This document shows, in pieces, positions 59,743 through 64,000 of a DNA stretch of 64,000 bases. The DNA comes from Centroscyllium fabricii. Lineage: Eukaryota. The position numbers were made by a program, and so were the translations under genes. Each line of letters opens with the position of its first letter. Within the stretch, counting starts at the first letter, position 1. The stretch covers positions 107,508,001 to 107,572,000 of the forward strand of contig JBNRSN020000014.1 in the NCBI GenBank assembly GCA_051313645.2, in the 5' to 3' direction. The notes below the pieces were generated by a model that saw nothing but the letters and a program-made list of their open reading frames with translations, was not told the DNA's origin and did no database searches.

Positions 59743-61732
59743 ATGGCTGAGCATGAGGGTGCTGCATCGGGCAGCGGGAGGGGAAGACCCGCCCCCAGAT
59801 TTGATGACGCCTCCCTCGATGCTTTAGTCGAGGGGGCAACGACCCATAGGGAGGTTCTCTTCCCTTTCTCAGGGAGGAAGAGACCTCCCTCCCAGACCAA
59901 GGCTGCTTGGCTGCAGGTGGCTGAGGGGGTGAGCTCCTTGGGCACAACACCCCGGTCCTGGCTCCAGTGTAGGAAGAGATTCCATGACCTTCACCACACT
60001 GCTAAAGTAAGTATTACTTTCCCATCACCCTCAATCTGATCCCCCTCACCTCTCCTCACCAGAACTTAGCTTCACCACTCCCTTCCTCCACATCCCACTT
60101 CACTATCACCTGCAAGTGCCCTTACCCATTCCCTCTCTCTGTATGCTCACAATCACAGCCCTTTTCGACCATGCAGCCCTCACACTCCCCCTCACTCTCA
60201 TGCTTGCAGCACATCTGGCAGCACACAGGGCGAGCCTTTGGTCTTGCAGCCTTACTCCATCTTTCTCTCCCTCCAACTATCTTTGCTGTTCACTCGCTGC
60301 ATCAACTCCTTCCTTCTCACTCAACCTCCACTTCTCTCCCTCATTGCAGGAAACGACAGCCGCCAACAAGCGCCAGAGAGCCAGGACCGGAGGAGGACCC
60401 CCCTCCATCCTGCAGCTGAGCACCTGGGAGGAGGCAGTCCTGGAGCTGGTGGGAGAGGGAGAAGCCCCGGGAGTGGGTGACGGAGAGGCAGGCTTGGCTT
60501 CGGAAGCTGGTGACAGAATGGTTTCATATCTCTCTCATAGCTATCACGTGAGTCTGCCACAATGAATATAAAAGCACTGCAGATGGCCTTCTGCTCATCT
60601 GCTGAATGCTATGTCTATGTAACCTTGGTGACATATCTGTAACCTCTTCCTTTACTGCCCCACAGGACCATCTGCAGAGCACCTGGGGAGTGCTGGTGCT
60701 GAAGACCCGAGCCATGTACAGTCCTCAGAGGAAGCTCCCACCTCTGAGGGCACACCGTCAGCAGCACTGACGCCACCCAGCACCAGCGCAGATACTAGCA
60801 CCTCGGTGGGCCCCTCTAGACATAGATTTGTATTGTCACCGGGTGAATCACAAACCACAAGTGAGCCTCAGCAGATTGTGGAGACAGGGACAGCATTGCA
60901 GAGTCCTAGTCGGAGGGCGCAGGACTCTGCCAGCTTAGCTCAGCTGCATGTCGACCCTGTGCCTCTGGATCCATCAGGCAGAGTACAGATGCTGGGACTC
61001 CAGACAGAGATGCAAGCATCTCTGACAGGTTTTGTCTCCGAGGTAGCTGCGAGTGTCAAGTGAACAGAGGAGTCCGTCGCGAGCATGAGCAGATCCTTTG
61101 CGGAGTCAGTGGCGCATGACCGCATCACCATGGCAAGGATGGCAACCTCCATGGAAAGGATAGCGACCGTGGATGAGAGGATGACAACAGCCATGGAGCA
61201 CATAAGTCGCCAGTGTATCGAAAACATGGGTAGTGTTCAGAATAGACTGACATCTCTTGAGGAGCGATGGGCATCTATTGAACACAGGAACCAGACCTTC
61301 ATGGAAGTCCTTCTGAGTAGGACTTCCAGTGCAGATACGGGTCCCCATGGCACCCCTGAAGTGCAGCAAGGTGCTGTCCAGCCACTTGCAGGCGCTGAGG
61401 GGGAGCTGACCCATGAGAGGGAGGTTGGTGGAACAGCTGCAGGAAGTGGGGGCTCCTCTCCAAGCGCTCCCACATCCATGCCACTGCAGAGCCCTTGGTC
61501 AGAGGCCCGCCAGAGTCCCAACCCACCTGAGATGGAAGTCTCATACCCTGCCCAGCCGCAGGGGCAGCAGACTGGTGGCGAGTCCTCAGAGGCTCGCCGC
61601 CCCAGAGGACACCCGCCAAAGGTGTCCACACAGGAGCAGCAGGGAACTGAGCAGGGGGCCTCCACATCTGCTGACACCACAGGGCCAGCACCACGTAGGA
61701 GCACGCGTATGAGAAAACTTAAGCACCGTTAG
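59743..61732 (+). pseudogene. Harbinger Myb/SANT-like DNA-binding protein, 3 exons (59743-60006, 60350-60509, 60666-61732), about 496 codons with one in-frame TGA (61061-61063)
   Basis: PRF…L…W…VA…R…QCRKRF.DL; GT-AG introns with compatible phases 0 and 1; ARTGGGPP in exon 2. Confidence 0.82.
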
Positions 61733-63169
61733 GCACAAGGGGATTCACTTGGGTGATAGGATAACAGCACTTTCGGGTTGAATTACGCTGGTCACAGAGC
61801 AGACCAGTAATGGTGGCACCAGATGCAGTTGTCACGTCTGCCATCTCGCGAATGGCCCTTCCACATTGAGGCCTTATGCAGGCTGCCCAACATTCGGTCA
61901 GGCCTCACAGATATGCAATGATGCAGACGCAAGCTGGCAGAAGGACTTACAGCAAGACGCATGAGGCTCAATAACAGACAGGAAGTCCATGGTGAAGGGT
62001 GAAGGTCATTGAAATCGACCTACCTGAAGGCTCACACAGACCAACGACCAGAACAATGACACTGCAAACCATCAATCATGGGAACGAACACAATGCAAAC
62101 TGTAGGAAACTGCTGAGGAATAATGAGCAACATCAAACAATCCTCAGGGCTCAACGAGAAAAACAACTAAACTGGAGTTGGATGGAGGTGGGCAAGGAAC
62201 AAATGTGCCAACTGGGCAAAGTGCCCACGCATCCAACAGGATGTTCTGGCAGCTGGCCCCCAACAGCACCTGACCCTCACGAAATGGCCAATGAGCCATG
62301 GTGCCAGCATGCCTACCGTCTCAGATGTCCACTGTAAGTAGATGTGTCCAGGCCCACCAACGAGTTTCAATCACCGTCTCCCATATCTCCTGCCGCATGT
62401 TGGGATGAGCATCCCTGAAGCACCTCCATGACATCCTCATGCAGAGCAATCCCAGTCCTTGAGAGCGCTGCCATTATTGGACGATACATCTCCACTCCAC
62501 CGCAGGATCACAGCACAGTTCTGCTGGTTCAAAGTTACGATGTCAGTCGGTTGTTCACCTTGCAGCCGCTTTACAAGACCCACAAAGTCACTCAAAGCCA
62601 CACAACAGAAGCTGATGTTGGCTGTGAATCTCTGGCGCAGTTGAAAAGGGAGGGGCACCACGTGAGAGTGGTAGACCCTGAGGGACAATGGAAATGAACT
62701 TGCAATTTCAAAACTGGACTGGCTGAGGTTCTGCATTGCTGATAATGAATATTTGAGCTTTGAAAGCTGCATGTATCTAGGTGTGATGGCTGGGACCAAA
62801 TTAATGGACTGATTGATAGGTGCTGGTCTTCACTCCAACAACCATTGATTTGGCCATGATTGTTTTATTTTGTGATTAAACGTTATGTTACAGTGGCAAT
62901 GTTTATTGTTTCTGGGTACATTATTGCATGTGATGGATGGATGGGAACATGACCATAACTGCAGTGCCTGGTGCGTCAGGGCCCTGGGTGCATGCGCGAG
63001 CACTGAAGGCACTCACAGGCAATTGGCAGCCCCACAAGCCCACCCCTGACACACAGATGTTCTTGCAATAGTGAGGATCATGCAGGTATGAGCTATGGAA
63101 GTGATTGGAGTGTGGCATTGAGGATGTGCTGTTAAGATGGTGAGAGTAGCAGAAGCTGCCTTGAGTAGG

Positions 63170-64000
63170 TTAAGCAAATCTTCCAAGGATGAGCTCGTTC
63201 CTTGCTTGCCAGGCAGCAATATTCTTGCCTAATGCTGGCAGTGGCTGGTGCCGCGCTGGAGCAACCCCGTCCTCTTCCTCTTCCTCTTCTTCCTCCTCTT
63301 CCTCTTCTTCCTCCTCCTCCTCATCATCTGAAGACGGTATGCGAGGAGCCAGGTCTTGGTCAGGAATGTGCAAGCCACGGCGCTGTGCCATGTTGTGAAG
63401 TTGACAGCAAACCACTACCATTCTGGAGACCCTGGCTAGGGAGTATTGCAGGGCTCCACCTGATCTGTCCAAGCATCTGAAACGCATCTTGAGCAAGCCG
63501 ATGGTGTGCTCTATAATGCTTCTGGTGGAGATATGTGTGGAGTTGTAGTTCTCCTCAGCCTGATTGGCTGGCCTCCTGACCGGCATCATGAGCCAAGTCC
63601 TGAGGGGATAGCCCTTGTCTCCAAGTAGCCATCCCGGAAGTTCATCTGGCGGTGTGAAGAGCGTAGGTAAGGTTGATTGGCACAGGACGAAGGAGTCCTG
63701 GCAGCTGCTAGGGTACCTGGCACACACATGCAAAATCTCCTTGTTGTGGTCACACACCAGTTGAACATTGAGCAAATGGAAGCCCTTGCGGTTGACAAAA
63801 GCAACTGGGTTGTCGGTGGGTGCCCTAAGGGCCACATGTATGCAGTCAATGATGCCCTGCACCCTTGGGAAGCCTGCCAGACAAGCTATTTCAATCGCTC
63901 GGGCCCTCAACATTTGCGCGATCCCTGGTGAAATGGATGAAATTGTGGGCGAGGGCAAAGAGGGCATCGGTTACCTGGGTGATGCAAGAGTGTGTGGCCG
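63170..64000 (-). pseudogene. Harbinger DDE transposase (HARBI1-like), C-terminal part; +1 frameshift at about 63905
   Basis: [56 protein letters not shown]. The upstream frame reads [10 protein letters not shown]…FIHF. Confidence 0.9.

Larger units (their letters stand above)
59489..64000. mobile_element. Two-gene PIF/Harbinger DNA transposon (runs off the window)
   Basis: Left end ggggggattttg; convergent Myb/SANT gene and DDE transposase. Confidence 0.9.

Noticed and set aside
63170-63967. Domesticated host HARBI1 gene
   Set aside because: It sits inside a TIR-type element with a Myb partner, is frameshifted and has related decayed copies nearby.

Overview
Eukaryotic, repeat-dense window, most likely from a cartilaginous fish (shark). 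This is inferred from DeuSINE/SacSINE1-like and HE1-like V-SINEs, abundant CR1 LINEs and Penelope fragments. No host protein-coding gene could be supported; almost everything is nested transposable element. Contents: three full-length Ty3/Gypsy LTR retrotransposons (327-5141 minus; 10039-14552 minus, intact; 44058-48919 plus), five solo LTRs, one ERV-like solo LTR, CR1, Rex1, RTE and Penelope retroelements (the last with hammerhead motifs), many PIF/Harbinger elements and MITEs, and a Tc1/pogo-type MITE. The strongest signal is shared by all three Gypsy elements although their LTRs differ in sequence. (i) There is no tRNA-type primer-binding site; instead a 12-15 bp perfect, co-varying complement of the LTR segment carrying the poly(A) signal lies 1 nt past the 5' LTR (candidate self-priming and poly(A)-masking hairpin). 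(ii) The RT active site reads YLDN instead of YxDD. (iii) An in-frame tandem array containing YY1-type motifs sits just before the protease. Coordinates were counted by hand and may be off by a few bases. Family names come from recognition, not database searches.
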